A stretch of DNA of 64,000 nucleotides from a bacterium (lineage in GTDB: Bacteria; UBP6; UBA1177). The DNA lies in assembly GCA_017538365.1 (NCBI GenBank), contig JAFYIZ010000047.1:78800-142799 (forward strand), in the 5' to 3' direction. The notes under the pieces were generated by a model. It saw only the letters and a list, made by a program, of their open reading frames with translations, was not told the origin of the DNA and searched no databases. The position numbers were made by a program, and so were the translations under genes. The stretch's first letter is position 1, and every line of letters begins with the position of its first letter. Positions 9,978-19,768 of the stretch are shown one piece after another.

Positions 9978-10211
9978 TTTTTCCTCCAAAACAAAAAAAA
10001 CCGATTATACAAGCAATTAGCGTTCCATTGAAATAATCCAACAGAATCAACATCTTTTATAATATTGGAAAAATGACAAAAAGACAAATTGACACATTGG
10101 CAGGGGCTTTTGTCCGCAAAAAGAAAAAATTTTTTTAAGTGGACAATTTTCCCTTCTTGGTGTAAAAAGCCGCGTTTTGATTGTTTGTAACGCTTTTTAC
10201 AGGAGAGAAAA

Positions 10212-10607
10212 ATGAGCGAAAAAATCAGAGTTCTTATTGCAAAACCGGGGCTTGACGGTCACGACAGAGGTGCAAAATTCGTAGCGAGAGCGCTTCGTGA
10301 TGCCGGAATGGAAGTCATTTACACAGGTTTGAGGCAGACTCCCGAAGCAATCGCCAATGCTGCGATCCAGGAAGACGTCGATGCAGTCGGTCTTTCGATT
10401 TTGAGCGGCGCACACAACACGCTTCTTCCGAAAGTAGCTGAACTTCTCAAAGAAAAAAATGCTCCCGATATTCTCGTTTTCGGCGGCGGCGTTATCCCCG
10501 AAAGCGATATTCCTTTCCTCAAGGAAAACGGCATAAAGGCTGTTTTCACCCCGGGAACGACTTCCGAGCAGATAGTTACATTCCTCACCGACAATATCAA
10601 AAAATAG
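10212..10607 (+). CDS. Cobalamin (B12)-binding domain protein of the methylmalonyl-CoA mutase C-terminal domain type
   Basis: '[32 protein letters not shown]' is the DxHxxG B12-binding signature. 131 aa, stand-alone. Confidence 0.8.
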   Translation: MSEKIRVLIAKPGLDGHDRGAKFVARALRDAGMEVIYTGLRQTPEAIANAAIQEDVDAVGLSILSGAHNTLLPKVAELLKEKNAPDILVFGGGVIPESDIPFLKENGIKAVFTPGTTSEQIVTFLTDNIKK

Positions 10608-10647
10608 CTCTTTTGCCTGCGCTGAAAAGAGAGTCTTGCTCTGAAAA

Positions 10648-10675
10648 TTGACATAAAGTGCTGATGTGGTAATCT
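10648..10675 (+). promoter_or_regulatory. Sigma70-like promoter upstream of hpf
   Basis: TTGACA (10648-10653), 16-nt spacer, TAATCT (10670-10675). It is preceded by the hairpin ctcttttgcctgcgctgaaaagag. Confidence 0.3.
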
Positions 10676-10706
10676 CATTCGTTTGTTTTTTTTAATGGAG
10701 GGTTTC

Positions 10707-11009
10707 ATGAACATCAATTTCGCTTTCAGAGGATTTGAGGAAAACAGTGACGGTCTTAAAGATTATGTAACCAAAAAACTTGCAAAAATCGACAAGTTCG
10801 TTTCGGCAAACACTGTTGTCGAAGTTGTTTTTCAGAAAGACAAAAATATGAAGATGACGGAAATCAAGCTGAACACTAACGGCGAAGAGTTCCTGGCTAG
10901 CGATTCTGACGACAAAGAATTCCAGACTTCCATAGATCTTTGCATCGACAAGCTGGTAAAACAGGTAGCAAGATCGAAAGACAAAAAAGTTGATTCAAGA
11001 AGATCTTAA
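10707..11009 (+). CDS. hpf: Ribosome hibernation-promoting factor (short HPF/RaiA)
   Basis: 'MNINFAFRGFE...LKDYVTKKLAKIDKF' matches the sigma-54 modulation protein fold. GGAGGG RBS before the ATG at 10707. Confidence 0.75.
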   Translation: MNINFAFRGFEENSDGLKDYVTKKLAKIDKFVSANTVVEVVFQKDKNMKMTEIKLNTNGEEFLASDSDDKEFQTSIDLCIDKLVKQVARSKDKKVDSRRS

Positions 11010-11018
11010 GGATTGCGC

Positions 11019-11095
<77 letters not shown>

Positions 11096-11105
11096 TTTTT
11101 TTGGC

Positions 11106-11987
11106 ATGAGAAAATATTCCGTTTTTATTTCATTGCTGTTTCTTTTTTTCTGTTGCGGCAATCTGTGTGCAGATGTTTTTTTAAGCACTTATGAAGAGAT
11201 AAAATCGGCTTACGACCTTATCGGCTACACTTGGAACAATGAAAAAATCCCGCGCATTTTCGTGAAAAAGATTCCGGAAGAGATCAAAAAACTTGAAGGT
11301 GTCGAGCGCAGACAGTTTTTTATAAAGCTGCTTCTGCCGCTTGTTCTGCTCGAAAACGAAAAAATCGCAGCGGAACACGATATGATAGTTCCAATCGCGG
11401 CAAAAAAAGAGTGGAATGCCGAAGATTTGAAAATTATTGGTGAAATCGCTGAAAAATACAACATAATCGACGAAGGTCAGGACATTTCTGCGACAACGGA
11501 AGAGGAAAAAGAGAAGATCCGCTATTTTCTCGATCACAAGATCCGTCCGGTGCCGCCGGCTATCGCGATAGGGCAGGCCGCGCTTGAATCCGGCTGGGGA
11601 ACGAGCCGCTTCGTTTTCGAGGGAAACAACCTTTTCGGTCATGTTTCTCCCGATCCGACAAAAGGGATAAAACCGAAAAACTGGAGCGGAAACCAGCGCC
11701 ACATCAGGATTTTTGATTCGATTCAGGAGTCGATTTCGGCATATATGCTCAATCTGAACCGCAACCGTGCCTACAATAAGTTCCGCTGGTACAGGCGTAC
11801 CCATCCCGGAAATCTTTCGAAAATGGCTGAAGGTTTCGACAAATACGCCATCATCAAAGAGGCTTACGTCGGCAGGCTGCAGAGTGTGATGTTCAAATTC
11901 GGAGTTCATAAAATCAACAACGCAAAGCTCGATTCGGGCGAAAGTGCAAATGTTATCGAAAAAGTTTCCCAACCCTACATCAACTGA
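11106..11987 (+). CDS. Secreted glucosaminidase-domain protein (Bax/FlgJ-like peptidoglycan hydrolase)
   Basis: Signal peptide MRKYSVFISLLFLFFCC and 'AIGQAALESGWGTSRFVFEGNNLFG', a mannosyl-glycoprotein endo-beta-N-acetylglucosaminidase motif. The track ORF 11013 has an artefactual extension through the tRNA. Confidence 0.65.
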   Translation: MRKYSVFISLLFLFFCCGNLCADVFLSTYEEIKSAYDLIGYTWNNEKIPRIFVKKIPEEIKKLEGVERRQFFIKLLLPLVLLENEKIAAEHDMIVPIAAKKEWNAEDLKIIGEIAEKYNIIDEGQDISATTEEEKEKIRYFLDHKIRPVPPAIAIGQAALESGWGTSRFVFEGNNLFGHVSPDPTKGIKPKNWSGNQRHIRIFDSIQESISAYMLNLNRNRAYNKFRWYRRTHPGNLSKMAEGFDKYAIIKEAYVGRLQSVMFKFGVHKINNAKLDSGESANVIEKVSQPYIN

Positions 11988-13179
11988 CACTCAGGACGAT
12001 TTCCTGCAGCAGCTTTACCAGCGCCGCGGCGGTATAAAACTCGGTCTCGGCCGTGTTGCCGACGCATTTCCTGTGATTTTTGAAAAAAGAATTCCGGTTT
12101 ATCACGTTGCAGGAACGAACGGAAAGGGAACGGCGGTCTATTCGCTTGACCACATTCTGCGTTCAAACGGGCTTAAAACGGGACGTTTCGTTTCTCCGCA
12201 TCTTCTGAAATACAACGAGCGCATTTCGGTTGACGGAATCGATATCTCTGACGCGGAAGTCCGCGAAATTTATGAGTATCTTGAAAAAAAGATAAGTGAT
12301 TTCGATGAGTTGTCTTTTTTTGAAGTTACGTTTCTTCTTGCTTGGAAATATTTTGAAATTTCAGGCTGCGACCGCGCCGTTTTCGAAGTGGGGCTCGGAG
12401 GCAGGCTTGATGCCACCAATGTGATTGAAGGTTCGAAAACCGATATCATCACTTCGATCGGGCTTGACCACACTCACATTTTAGGTGACACACTCGAAAA
12501 AATCGCTCTTGAAAAGCTCGGTATCGTAAAAAACGGCGACAAAGTTTTAATCGGCGGCAGTGCGGATCAGGCTTTCGACAGGTGGATGTCGGAAGTTGCT
12601 CTTTCGAAAGGGGCAAAAAGTGTTGATGACGACTCTTTGAATCTCGATATCGCTTTTCCGCTTAGCTGCATGAGTCCGGAGCAGAAAAAAAATGTGCGTC
12701 TTGCCGTAAAAGCGGCTCTTTTAAGTGAAGAGAAGGGCTTGAAAATCCCGGATTTCAGCGCAATGCGACTTCCCGCAAGGTTTGAATTTATCGAACCCGA
12801 TATCGTCGTTGATGTAGCCCACAATCCTCCGGCAATAGAATCTCTTGCAAAAACTGTTGAAGAACGGCTTGGCAAAGTTGTTGTCCTCTACGGTGCTATG
12901 AAAGATAAAGATGTGACAAAAGTTCTTGATATTATTGGTAAAATTTCGGATTCAATATTCGCCATTAACCTTGAAGCCGATAACGACCGCGGCGCAAAAG
13001 TTGCTGATATTCTCGAACGTGCCGGCGCCTTGGTTAAAGGAAAAATAAAGTATGCAGAAACCGATGAAAAAACGATTGAAGAGGCTCTTTTCTCTGCCCG
13101 CAAAAACGGAAAAAAACTTCTTGTAACCGGAAGTTTTCACACGATAGAAAAATTTATGAATTATAGAAAAAATCAATAA
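11944..13179 (+). CDS. folC: Folylpolyglutamate synthase / dihydrofolate synthase
   Basis: Mur-ligase P-loop 'HVAGTNGKGT' plus the FolC-type middle and C-terminal domains. Confidence 0.8.
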   Translation: MQMLSKKFPNPTSTDTQDDFLQQLYQRRGGIKLGLGRVADAFPVIFEKRIPVYHVAGTNGKGTAVYSLDHILRSNGLKTGRFVSPHLLKYNERISVDGIDISDAEVREIYEYLEKKISDFDELSFFEVTFLLAWKYFEISGCDRAVFEVGLGGRLDATNVIEGSKTDIITSIGLDHTHILGDTLEKIALEKLGIVKNGDKVLIGGSADQAFDRWMSEVALSKGAKSVDDDSLNLDIAFPLSCMSPEQKKNVRLAVKAALLSEEKGLKIPDFSAMRLPARFEFIEPDIVVDVAHNPPAIESLAKTVEERLGKVVVLYGAMKDKDVTKVLDIIGKISDSIFAINLEADNDRGAKVADILERAGALVKGKIKYAETDEKTIEEALFSARKNGKKLLVTGSFHTIEKFMNYRKNQ

Positions 13180-13200
13180 AATTAACTGGTTGGTGATAAA

Positions 13201-13716
13201 ATGAACAATATCGTAAAAAAAGTTCTTCTATTTTCGCTTTTTTTCTCTTTTTCCATGCTTTTTGCCGATGACGATTACACTGTCGAGCTTTATGCGATGA
13301 GCGGCAGCGGAAGACTTATCTCAAGCGAAGAAATGATGAAAAAAAGTGGTGCGAACTATCTCATCGTAGACTTTTTTTCGCTTATGTGCGAGCCGTGCAA
13401 AAGATCACTTCCCAAGTGGGATGATTTTCTCAAAAAAAACAAGTCAAATGGGTTTGAATTTATTCTTGTTGCCCTTCCTGCCGATGGGGAAAAGAAGAAA
13501 ACTGAAAAGGATCTCAAAAATTATTTCAAGCAGAACAAGTTCTCTTTCGAGACGGTTTTTGACAAATATTCAGTTGTCGGCAAAAAATTCGGTGTTGTCG
13601 AAAAATCGGGAGATGTGACTCTTCCCATGATTTTTGTCATTGATAAGTCTGGAAAACTCCTTTTCAAAACCGATTCTTTTGATGAGGCGATGGCGAAAAT
13701 TAAAAATCTTGAATAG
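13201..13716 (+). CDS. Secreted thioredoxin-like (TlpA/redoxin) thiol-disulfide oxidoreductase
   Basis: Signal peptide and a CEPC active-site motif in a thioredoxin-fold context. Confidence 0.6.
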   Translation: MNNIVKKVLLFSLFFSFSMLFADDDYTVELYAMSGSGRLISSEEMMKKSGANYLIVDFFSLMCEPCKRSLPKWDDFLKKNKSNGFEFILVALPADGEKKKTEKDLKNYFKQNKFSFETVFDKYSVVGKKFGVVEKSGDVTLPMIFVIDKSGKLLFKTDSFDEAMAKIKNLE

Positions 13717-13717
13717 T

Positions 13718-14587
13718 TTAAATCTGTTCTGCAATTTCCTGAACTGCTTTCGTGATGCCGCCTGAAACGGCTTCGTTTCTGCTGTATGCGGCTCCTTTGC
13801 TCTCAACTGTCCAGCGGTTTATTGTTTCGCCGGTAAGAAGGTTGAAAAGTTCTGCTTTGACTACGATTATCGAGTAAAATTCGCCGCTGTATTCTTCCGA
13901 TTTCGTTTCTTTGACTTCGATTTTAAGAAGAAAAGCTTTGTGTGAAGTTGCGGAAACTGCGGAAAGATCGCCGGTTTCCTCGAATTTTATCTCCTGATTG
14001 AGTTTGATTCCCTTCTTGTTGAAAGCGGGGAAGAGTTCGCGGATTTTGTCGGCAGCTTCGGGAATATCCGATTTAAGAGCCCACACGCCGAAGCCGTTGA
14101 CTTCAACCTGTATTCTTGCAAGCTCTGTTTTCGGGATTGAAAGAAGGACGAAAGCATTGTATTTTTTACCTTCTTTTTTTGAATGAAGGCATTCGGTGAA
14201 TTTGTCTTTTATGTGATAGTTTTTGACTTCGATCTGCTTGCCGGTTACTGAACTTTTTACACCGATCACGTAGGAATATTCGCCGTTTTCCTCGACTTCA
14301 CGCGACTTGAATTCGCTTTTTACCGAAACTCCGAATGAGTTGCTGACTTTTGCAAAAGCGTTCTGCTGAGCCAGATTAACGGCATCTTCTTCAGATTTTG
14401 ATTCGCTTGATTCTCCGACCCAGAGAACAACATCTGATTTCTCGATTTTTTCCGGGATTTTTGTCCATTCAGGTCTGTTTGTGTCGTTACTCTGCATTGA
14501 ATTTCCGTTTGAACGCCGGTCTGCACTTCCGCATGAGACAAACAGAAAGATGAAGAAAAGAGCAAGTGATAAAACTTTGGTTTTCAC
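13718..14587 (-). CDS. Hypothetical lipoprotein
   Basis: Lipobox LFVSCGS. No recognisable catalytic motif. Confidence 0.4.
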   Translation of the reverse strand: MKTKVLSLALFFIFLFVSCGSADRRSNGNSMQSNDTNRPEWTKIPEKIEKSDVVLWVGESSESKSEEDAVNLAQQNAFAKVSNSFGVSVKSEFKSREVEENGEYSYVIGVKSSVTGKQIEVKNYHIKDKFTECLHSKKEGKKYNAFVLLSIPKTELARIQVEVNGFGVWALKSDIPEAADKIRELFPAFNKKGIKLNQEIKFEETGDLSAVSATSHKAFLLKIEVKETKSEEYSGEFYSIIVVKAELFNLLTGETINRWTVESKGAAYSRNEAVSGGITKAVQEIAEQI

Positions 14588-14601
14588 GTATGTTCTCCTG
14601 A

Positions 14602-15453
14602 TTATTTAGCTAAGAATTCGATTTGGTCTTTGTCGACTTTCGGATTTATTATCATAAAAAACAGCTGTTTTGTGTCATCGGCTGCTACGAGAACGACTTT
14701 GTCGCTTTTTTTGATGCCGATATTCGTGAAAAGAAGGATTTTTTCAGTGTGGCTGAGAGAGTTCATAACAGTTTCAGGAATAAATTCGGTGTAGGTTCTC
14801 GTAAAGAGCTCTTTGAAAGTTGAAAGCGACTTGAGCGGGAAGCGGCTTGTCATGGACTCTTCCTTGAAAATCACAGATTCGCCGTTTTCAAGTTCGAGTG
14901 TGTAAATCTGTTCCGACGCCTCTTTCAGTTTCTTTTTTATTGTTATGATTTTTACGGCTTTATCGGAAAAGAGTTCGTTGTTCGGCTCAAGCTGCAGAAG
15001 GACTGAGGTGAAGCGGTCGATGTCGAAGAGAAAGTGTTTCGCCGCGATTCTTTTGAAAGTCGAAGCCGGAATATGGATGAAATCGATGCTGAATCCCGGG
15101 AATATTTTGACGATAGTTTCTCTTATCTGACCGGTCAGGGCTGAATTTATGAAGCCGATAACGATTTCTTTCGTCTCTTTTTTGAATGAAACGGGAAGGG
15201 CGAGCAGTCTTGTTATTACGTCGGGAGTGAAAAAACGCGCGAAAAAGTCGTCGGACATGAACCCTCTCTTTTCTTCGAACATGACGGGGTAGCCCTCTTT
15301 TTCGTAGAATTTCGCAAGTTTCTTTTCATCGATCATCCCTTTTGAAATGGCAAACCAGATGGGATCTACATTCTTTTTCATTTTCAGGATTTTGTTTGCG
15401 TTTTCCGAAGAAATAACGCCGTCCTGAACCATTTTCAGCATCAGATTTCTCAT
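14602..15453 (-). CDS. Stand-alone GspE-N (T2SSE_N) domain protein
   Basis: 'NLMLKMVQDGVISSENANKILK...' and a later 'LPVSF..ETKEIVIGFINSALTGQIRETI' resemble the type II secretion E/PilB N-terminal domain. There is no ATPase core. ATG at 15453 with a GGAG RBS. Confidence 0.4.
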   Translation of the reverse strand: MRNLMLKMVQDGVISSENANKILKMKKNVDPIWFAISKGMIDEKKLAKFYEKEGYPVMFEEKRGFMSDDFFARFFTPDVITRLLALPVSFKKETKEIVIGFINSALTGQIRETIVKIFPGFSIDFIHIPASTFKRIAAKHFLFDIDRFTSVLLQLEPNNELFSDKAVKIITIKKKLKEASEQIYTLELENGESVIFKEESMTSRFPLKSLSTFKELFTRTYTEFIPETVMNSLSHTEKILLFTNIGIKKSDKVVLVAADDTKQLFFMIINPKVDKDQIEFLAK

Positions 15454-15466
15454 ATTGAAATCTCCG

Positions 15467-16252
15467 TTAAATAATAGCAATTATAGGAACTTTTCTTTTG
15501 TATTTCATCGAATTTATCCGACATGCTACGAATCTGACGAGTTTTTCGTCAAAACCTTCGCGGATGATTTCTTCTTCGCTCATGCCCAGATCGGAAACAG
15601 CGTGGATGACCGGGTCCATCTGGATGTAGGAATATCCGATTTCTCCTTCGTCCGTCTGACCTTCGAAAAGGTCTGCGCTCGGAGCTTTTTCGATTACGCT
15701 GGCAGGAAGTCCCAGAAAGCGGGCAAATTCGAAAATATCGGTTTTGTAAAGACTGCCGATCGGGTTTATCGCCGATGCGCCGTCACCGAACATCGTGAAG
15801 TAGCCGAGTTCGATTTCGCTTTTGTTGCCAGTGCCGAGTACGATCGCGCCGTTTGCCGCCGAGAAGTCGAAAAGAGTGATCATTCTCGTTCTCGCCATGA
15901 TGTTGCCGAGACGACCCTTTCTCGAAAAGTCGGGATTTGTCATATTGTTTGCCGCAAATGTGTCGACAACTGCCGAAATCTCGATTTTAAGGCTGTTGAT
16001 TCCTGTATTTTCAACGACTTTGAGAGCGTCTTCAATGCTTTTTGCGCTTGAAGTTCTGTACGGCATGAGTATTCCCGTGACGTTTTCTTTTCCCAATGCT
16101 CTTGCGGCAAGGGCAGCAACAAGCGCACTGTCAAGCCCGCCGGAAAGCCCTACGACCGCTTTTTTGAGCCCGGTTTTTCTGATTTCGGAAACTAAAAACG
16201 AGGTGAGTTTTTTCTCAAGTTCTGCAAAATCCAATTTTGGAAGAGTTATCAT
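15467..16252 (-). CDS. nadE: NH3-dependent NAD+ synthetase
   Basis: PP-loop 'VVGLSGGLDSA' and the NadE family body. Confidence 0.85.
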   Translation of the reverse strand: MITLPKLDFAELEKKLTSFLVSEIRKTGLKKAVVGLSGGLDSALVAALAARALGKENVTGILMPYRTSSAKSIEDALKVVENTGINSLKIEISAVVDTFAANNMTNPDFSRKGRLGNIMARTRMITLFDFSAANGAIVLGTGNKSEIELGYFTMFGDGASAINPIGSLYKTDIFEFARFLGLPASVIEKAPSADLFEGQTDEGEIGYSYIQMDPVIHAVSDLGMSEEEIIREGFDEKLVRFVACRINSMKYKRKVPIIAII

Positions 16253-16740
16253 GCGTTTCCTCTCATTTTAAGCTGATTTAATAATGATTTTCGTATGTTG
16301 AGCGAATTTGAAAAATAGTCTGAAAGAAGATTTTCCTTTTTTTCGTCGCTTGAAAAACCTGAAACCGTGCAGTAGTCTCTTTCTATTGAATCGAGAGTTT
16401 TGGAATCAAAATCGTTCATAAGTGCCGAGCGGCATTTTTTTATGAATTCAAGTTCCGATTCATCGGGCATTGTAAAAGAGTGGGCGAGTTCGGCCAGCCA
16501 TGAAGCGGCTATGAAGTTGCGCGGATTCCTGCGGAGCGGAGCGGTATCTTCAAGCGAAACAAAATCATCTAAAAAGTAGGTGTTGTTTTTTTTGCTGAGA
16601 ACCACTTCACAGTTTTCGAAAAGGGAGAAGTTGTCCTTCTTCGAGAAAAAGCGGAAAGTTTCACCTTCTTTGGAAATCGTGTGGAAAAATCCGTTTCCGT
16701 GAGATTTTTTATAGGTTATGGTTCCCTGTACGATATACAT
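16249..16740 (-). CDS. Short RecO-like protein (N-terminal OB fold only), or hypothetical
   Basis: N-terminus 'YIVQGTITYKKSHGNGFFHTISKEGETFRFFSKK' follows the RecO OB-fold pattern. It is only 163 aa and lacks a Zn-finger region. Confidence 0.3.
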   Translation of the reverse strand: MYIVQGTITYKKSHGNGFFHTISKEGETFRFFSKKDNFSLFENCEVVLSKKNNTYFLDDFVSLEDTAPLRRNPRNFIAASWLAELAHSFTMPDESELEFIKKCRSALMNDFDSKTLDSIERDYCTVSGFSSDEKKENLLSDYFSNSLNIRKSLLNQLKMRGNA

Positions 16741-17579
16741 TAGTTTACCGATTCGATCTGCTGCTTTTTCTCAGGTTTTTTGCGTTCAATATCAGTCGTT
16801 ACGCCTAACTGTTTGGCAAGGTCGACACATTCGCTCAAAAACGGGATTGCCACTTCTTTTGTGTTTATTGCCTGAACTTCGAGACAGCGGCGCAGATAGG
16901 TTTGTCCCAGTTCTTCATTTTTCAGCGTGTACATTTTGAGGGCACCGCGGTACAGGGCTTCTACGTCAAACGGGAAATATTCAAGAGCTTTCTTGTAATT
17001 TTCCGCAGCGAGTTCGTTCAGATTCTGCTCGTCGTACATAATTCCGAGCTGCTTGTAAGCCTCTGAATGTGTTCCGCGCATCTTGATCGCCGCCTCGAAA
17101 TGCTGTTTCGCCAGATCGTAGCGTTTCTGCATTCTGTAAACTATGCCGATATTCGTTTCGGCGTAGTGCGGACGCGGATACATCGTGTCTGCAAGGACTG
17201 CCTGAAACTCTTCAAGAGCTTTGTCGAACTGTCTCTGCTCGAGGTAAAGCGCGCCTAAGTTGTTCCGTGCGTCTGTGAATTTTTTGTCGATTTTCAACGA
17301 CTGCTTGAAGTTCTCTTCAGCCTTTTTCTCGTCGTGTTCGATCATGAAAACGAGACCGAGCGTGTTGTAATACTGCGGAAGAGTGGGGGCGGCTTCGATT
17401 GCAAGCATGATTTCGCGTCTTGCTTTAATGTAGTCACCCTGATTCAAAGCGGCAAGACCGAGCTGATAGTGACCGTCACTTTTTCTTTCGTCACTTACAG
17501 TTTTCGTATCTGCCGAAGAGCATGAAACAAGGAGTTGAAACAGAATGAAAATTAAAGATAATAGTTTGATTTTATTCAA
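16740..17579 (-). CDS. TPR-repeat lipoprotein (PilF/PilW-like)
   Basis: Lipobox LLVSCSS followed by six or more TPR-like repeats (YYNTLGLVF, ARNNLGALY, AYKQLGIMY). Confidence 0.6.
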   Translation of the reverse strand: MNKIKLLSLIFILFQLLVSCSSADTKTVSDERKSDGHYQLGLAALNQGDYIKARREIMLAIEAAPTLPQYYNTLGLVFMIEHDEKKAEENFKQSLKIDKKFTDARNNLGALYLEQRQFDKALEEFQAVLADTMYPRPHYAETNIGIVYRMQKRYDLAKQHFEAAIKMRGTHSEAYKQLGIMYDEQNLNELAAENYKKALEYFPFDVEALYRGALKMYTLKNEELGQTYLRRCLEVQAINTKEVAIPFLSECVDLAKQLGVTTDIERKKPEKKQQIESVN

Positions 17580-17600
17580 GGTTTCCTCTTTGTAAGGAGT

Positions 17601-19652
17601 TTATTTCTTCTCTTCTTTATTGTCGGCTTTTTTATCAGCTTTTTTGTCTTCTTTGCCGGATCTGCCCCATTCCCAGCCGAATTCAACATCTGCACCTAAA
17701 TCCCACGATGAAACGTAGTGACCTTCAAGGTTGTCGTGCGGACGCGGGTTTTTAGCATTCCAGAAAGTCCAGTGTTTGCCGGCATAGCCGTTGATGTAGA
17801 GGAAAGGAAGGATCTGAAGTCTGACGACGCCTCTGAAAAGAGAGCTTACGTGGCTGTCGGAGAAAAGTTCTTTTGCGCTTCCGAAGCCGCGTTTGTAGTA
17901 TGAAACCATCATCTTAAGTATCCAGAGATCCGGAAGTTCGAGGTGTGCGAAAAGCGATGAAGATTCGGGAAGTTTTTCGTAACCTACAGAAAGTGATATC
18001 CATGTCTTGAAACTGTAACTGAGTTCGCCGTAGAAAGAACCGACGAACTTGTCGTCAGAATCGTTCATAAGGTGCCAGTATTTCGAGCGGCCGTCGGGCT
18101 GGAAGTCTTTTGCGCCGTAGATGTTCGTCATCATCTCTATACGCTCGATATCGTAGAAAGTATCGAAGAAAGAAGGAATGTACGAATCGTGGTGAGCTCT
18201 TCCTTCGAGCTGGATTCTGATTGCGTGCTGGTTTTTCTGATCGAGGTTGAATCTTCCCAAAAGACCGAATGTGAAGCCGCCTTTTACAAAATCTTTCTTG
18301 AACCACGAATAATCGGTGAAAGCCTTGATATCGACCTTTTCGTTTTTGAACAGTTTAAGTTCGAAGTCGATGCCCTGCATGTAAAGGAATTCATCTTCCA
18401 GAATTATCGGACGACCTTTTGAATCAACCGATATTCTGGGAAGTCTGCTGTCTTTGCCGTTGATATAGTCATCGGGATCGTAGTCATAGTATTTTTCATA
18501 TTGCAGCTTTGTCGGAGCGTTTCTGTCGGCAACGAAAGAATATCCGAACGAAACACTTCTTGCGTGGTAGTTTCCGATTGCGGAGAAGGGCTTCAAGAAG
18601 ACGATACCGCCGAAAATGTTTCCTCTTGCGACATCTCCCAGAAGTGCTTCAAAACCGCCGTAGTCGAAGTACCAGTTGAGTTTTGCCGACATTGTTGAAA
18701 ACGTCGAGTCGTGGTTAGGAATGTAGCGTTTGAGGATCGTTCCGTGTCCGATCGTCTGTGCGAAATTGCTGCCGATCGAAAGATAAAGGTTGTCTTCGGA
18801 AGTTCCTATCTGGAAATATCTGAGGATTTTGAGGTAATCCTGCCACTCATCCCAGTCTTCAGTTCTGAAGCGGATGCTGTGGTCGTTGTCGTTAATGTCT
18901 GTGCTGACAAGACGGACATTGAGCGGAACATGAAGCCCGAAAATAAGATCGAGTTCTTTTTCGCTGACGGGCTCTTTTATGAGTTTGTCGAAGTGCATAG
19001 AAAATTTCGGGGTGATAACGAGGTAAAGTTCATCATCCATCAATTTGACACCGGCTGCGAGACCTGCGCTGTTGTAAGGTGAAATGATTTCGTTCGCACC
19101 GATATTTGCGACTTCGCCTTTCCAGAAAGTTTTTTCGATCTCTCTGATTCTCATATCGTTGTCTGATTTTTCCTCTTTTCCAGCCGCTTTCGGCTCTTCA
19201 GCTTTTGCGGTCTTCTGCTCAGCCGGCTTCGGTTCTTCAGCTTTTGCAGGTTTCTGCTCAGCCGGCTTCGGTTCTTCAGCTTTTGCAGGTTTCTGCTCAG
19301 CCGGTTTCGGTTCTTCAGCTGCTGCCTGAGCGGGTTGTTCAGCGGGCTTCGGCTCCTCAGCTGCTGCCTGTGCCGGTTGTTCAGCCGGCTTCGGTTCTTC
19401 AGCTGCTGCCTGAGCAGGTTGCTCAGCGGGCTTCGGTTCTTCGGCTGCTGCCTGAGCGGGTTGTTCAGCCGGCTTCGGTTCTTCAGCTGCTGCCTGTGCC
19501 GGTTGTTCAGCAGGCTTCGGTTCTTCGGCTGCTGCCTGTGCCGGTTGCTCAGCCGGTTTCGGTTCTTCTGCCGGTGCGGTTTCCTGTGCGAAAAGAGTAC
19601 CGAAGAGTAATGCAAACAATGTCAAAAAGGTCAAAATCTTAAAATTTTTCAT
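17601..19652 (-). CDS. Secreted outer-membrane-type protein with an N-terminal tandem-repeat linker of 6 x AEEPKPAEQPAQAA and 3 x EEPKPAEQKPAKA, and a Lys-rich C-tail
   Basis: Signal peptide MKNFKILTFLTLFALLFGTLFA, then a repeat region. A ~520 aa beta-rich body has alternating hydrophobic positions and aromatic-rich strands. The C-terminus is ...KKADKKADNKEEKK. Confidence 0.45.
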   Translation of the reverse strand: MKNFKILTFLTLFALLFGTLFAQETAPAEEPKPAEQPAQAAAEEPKPAEQPAQAAAEEPKPAEQPAQAAAEEPKPAEQPAQAAAEEPKPAEQPAQAAAEEPKPAEQPAQAAAEEPKPAEQKPAKAEEPKPAEQKPAKAEEPKPAEQKTAKAEEPKAAGKEEKSDNDMRIREIEKTFWKGEVANIGANEIISPYNSAGLAAGVKLMDDELYLVITPKFSMHFDKLIKEPVSEKELDLIFGLHVPLNVRLVSTDINDNDHSIRFRTEDWDEWQDYLKILRYFQIGTSEDNLYLSIGSNFAQTIGHGTILKRYIPNHDSTFSTMSAKLNWYFDYGGFEALLGDVARGNIFGGIVFLKPFSAIGNYHARSVSFGYSFVADRNAPTKLQYEKYYDYDPDDYINGKDSRLPRISVDSKGRPIILEDEFLYMQGIDFELKLFKNEKVDIKAFTDYSWFKKDFVKGGFTFGLLGRFNLDQKNQHAIRIQLEGRAHHDSYIPSFFDTFYDIERIEMMTNIYGAKDFQPDGRSKYWHLMNDSDDKFVGSFYGELSYSFKTWISLSVGYEKLPESSSLFAHLELPDLWILKMMVSYYKRGFGSAKELFSDSHVSSLFRGVVRLQILPFLYINGYAGKHWTFWNAKNPRPHDNLEGHYVSSWDLGADVEFGWEWGRSGKEDKKADKKADNKEEKK
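19190..19585. repeat. Coding tandem repeat, mostly 42-bp units in about nine copies, inside the 17601-19652 gene
   Basis: Plus-strand units of cagccggcttcggttcttcagctgctgcctg(a/t)gc(g/c)ggttg(t/c)t repeat with few substitutions. The many antisense ORFs in the track here (19084, 19151, 19205, 19335) are artefacts of this repeat. Confidence 0.8.
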
Positions 19653-19768
19653 GCTTTTCTCCGCTTATAACAAAAAAAACGCCTAAAATATATTGATATA
19701 TAAGAAAAATGCAAACTTAACCGGGTATTTTTTTGTGAATAAAGCGAGAAAATATGAAAAAAATGAAA

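Noticed and set aside
10054-10211. Possible cobalamin riboswitch upstream of the B12-binding domain gene
   Set aside because: No B12-box-like consensus (…AGYCMGGAAGRCC…GCCACTG) and no conserved multi-stem architecture is readable. The region looks like an ordinary AT-rich divergent promoter region shared with asd.
19084-19642. Plus-strand ORFs of 81-154 aa over the 17601-19652 gene (19084, 19151, 19205, 19335)
   Set aside because: They are low-complexity translations of the 42-bp coding repeat in other frames or on the other strand. They have no independent start or RBS context.
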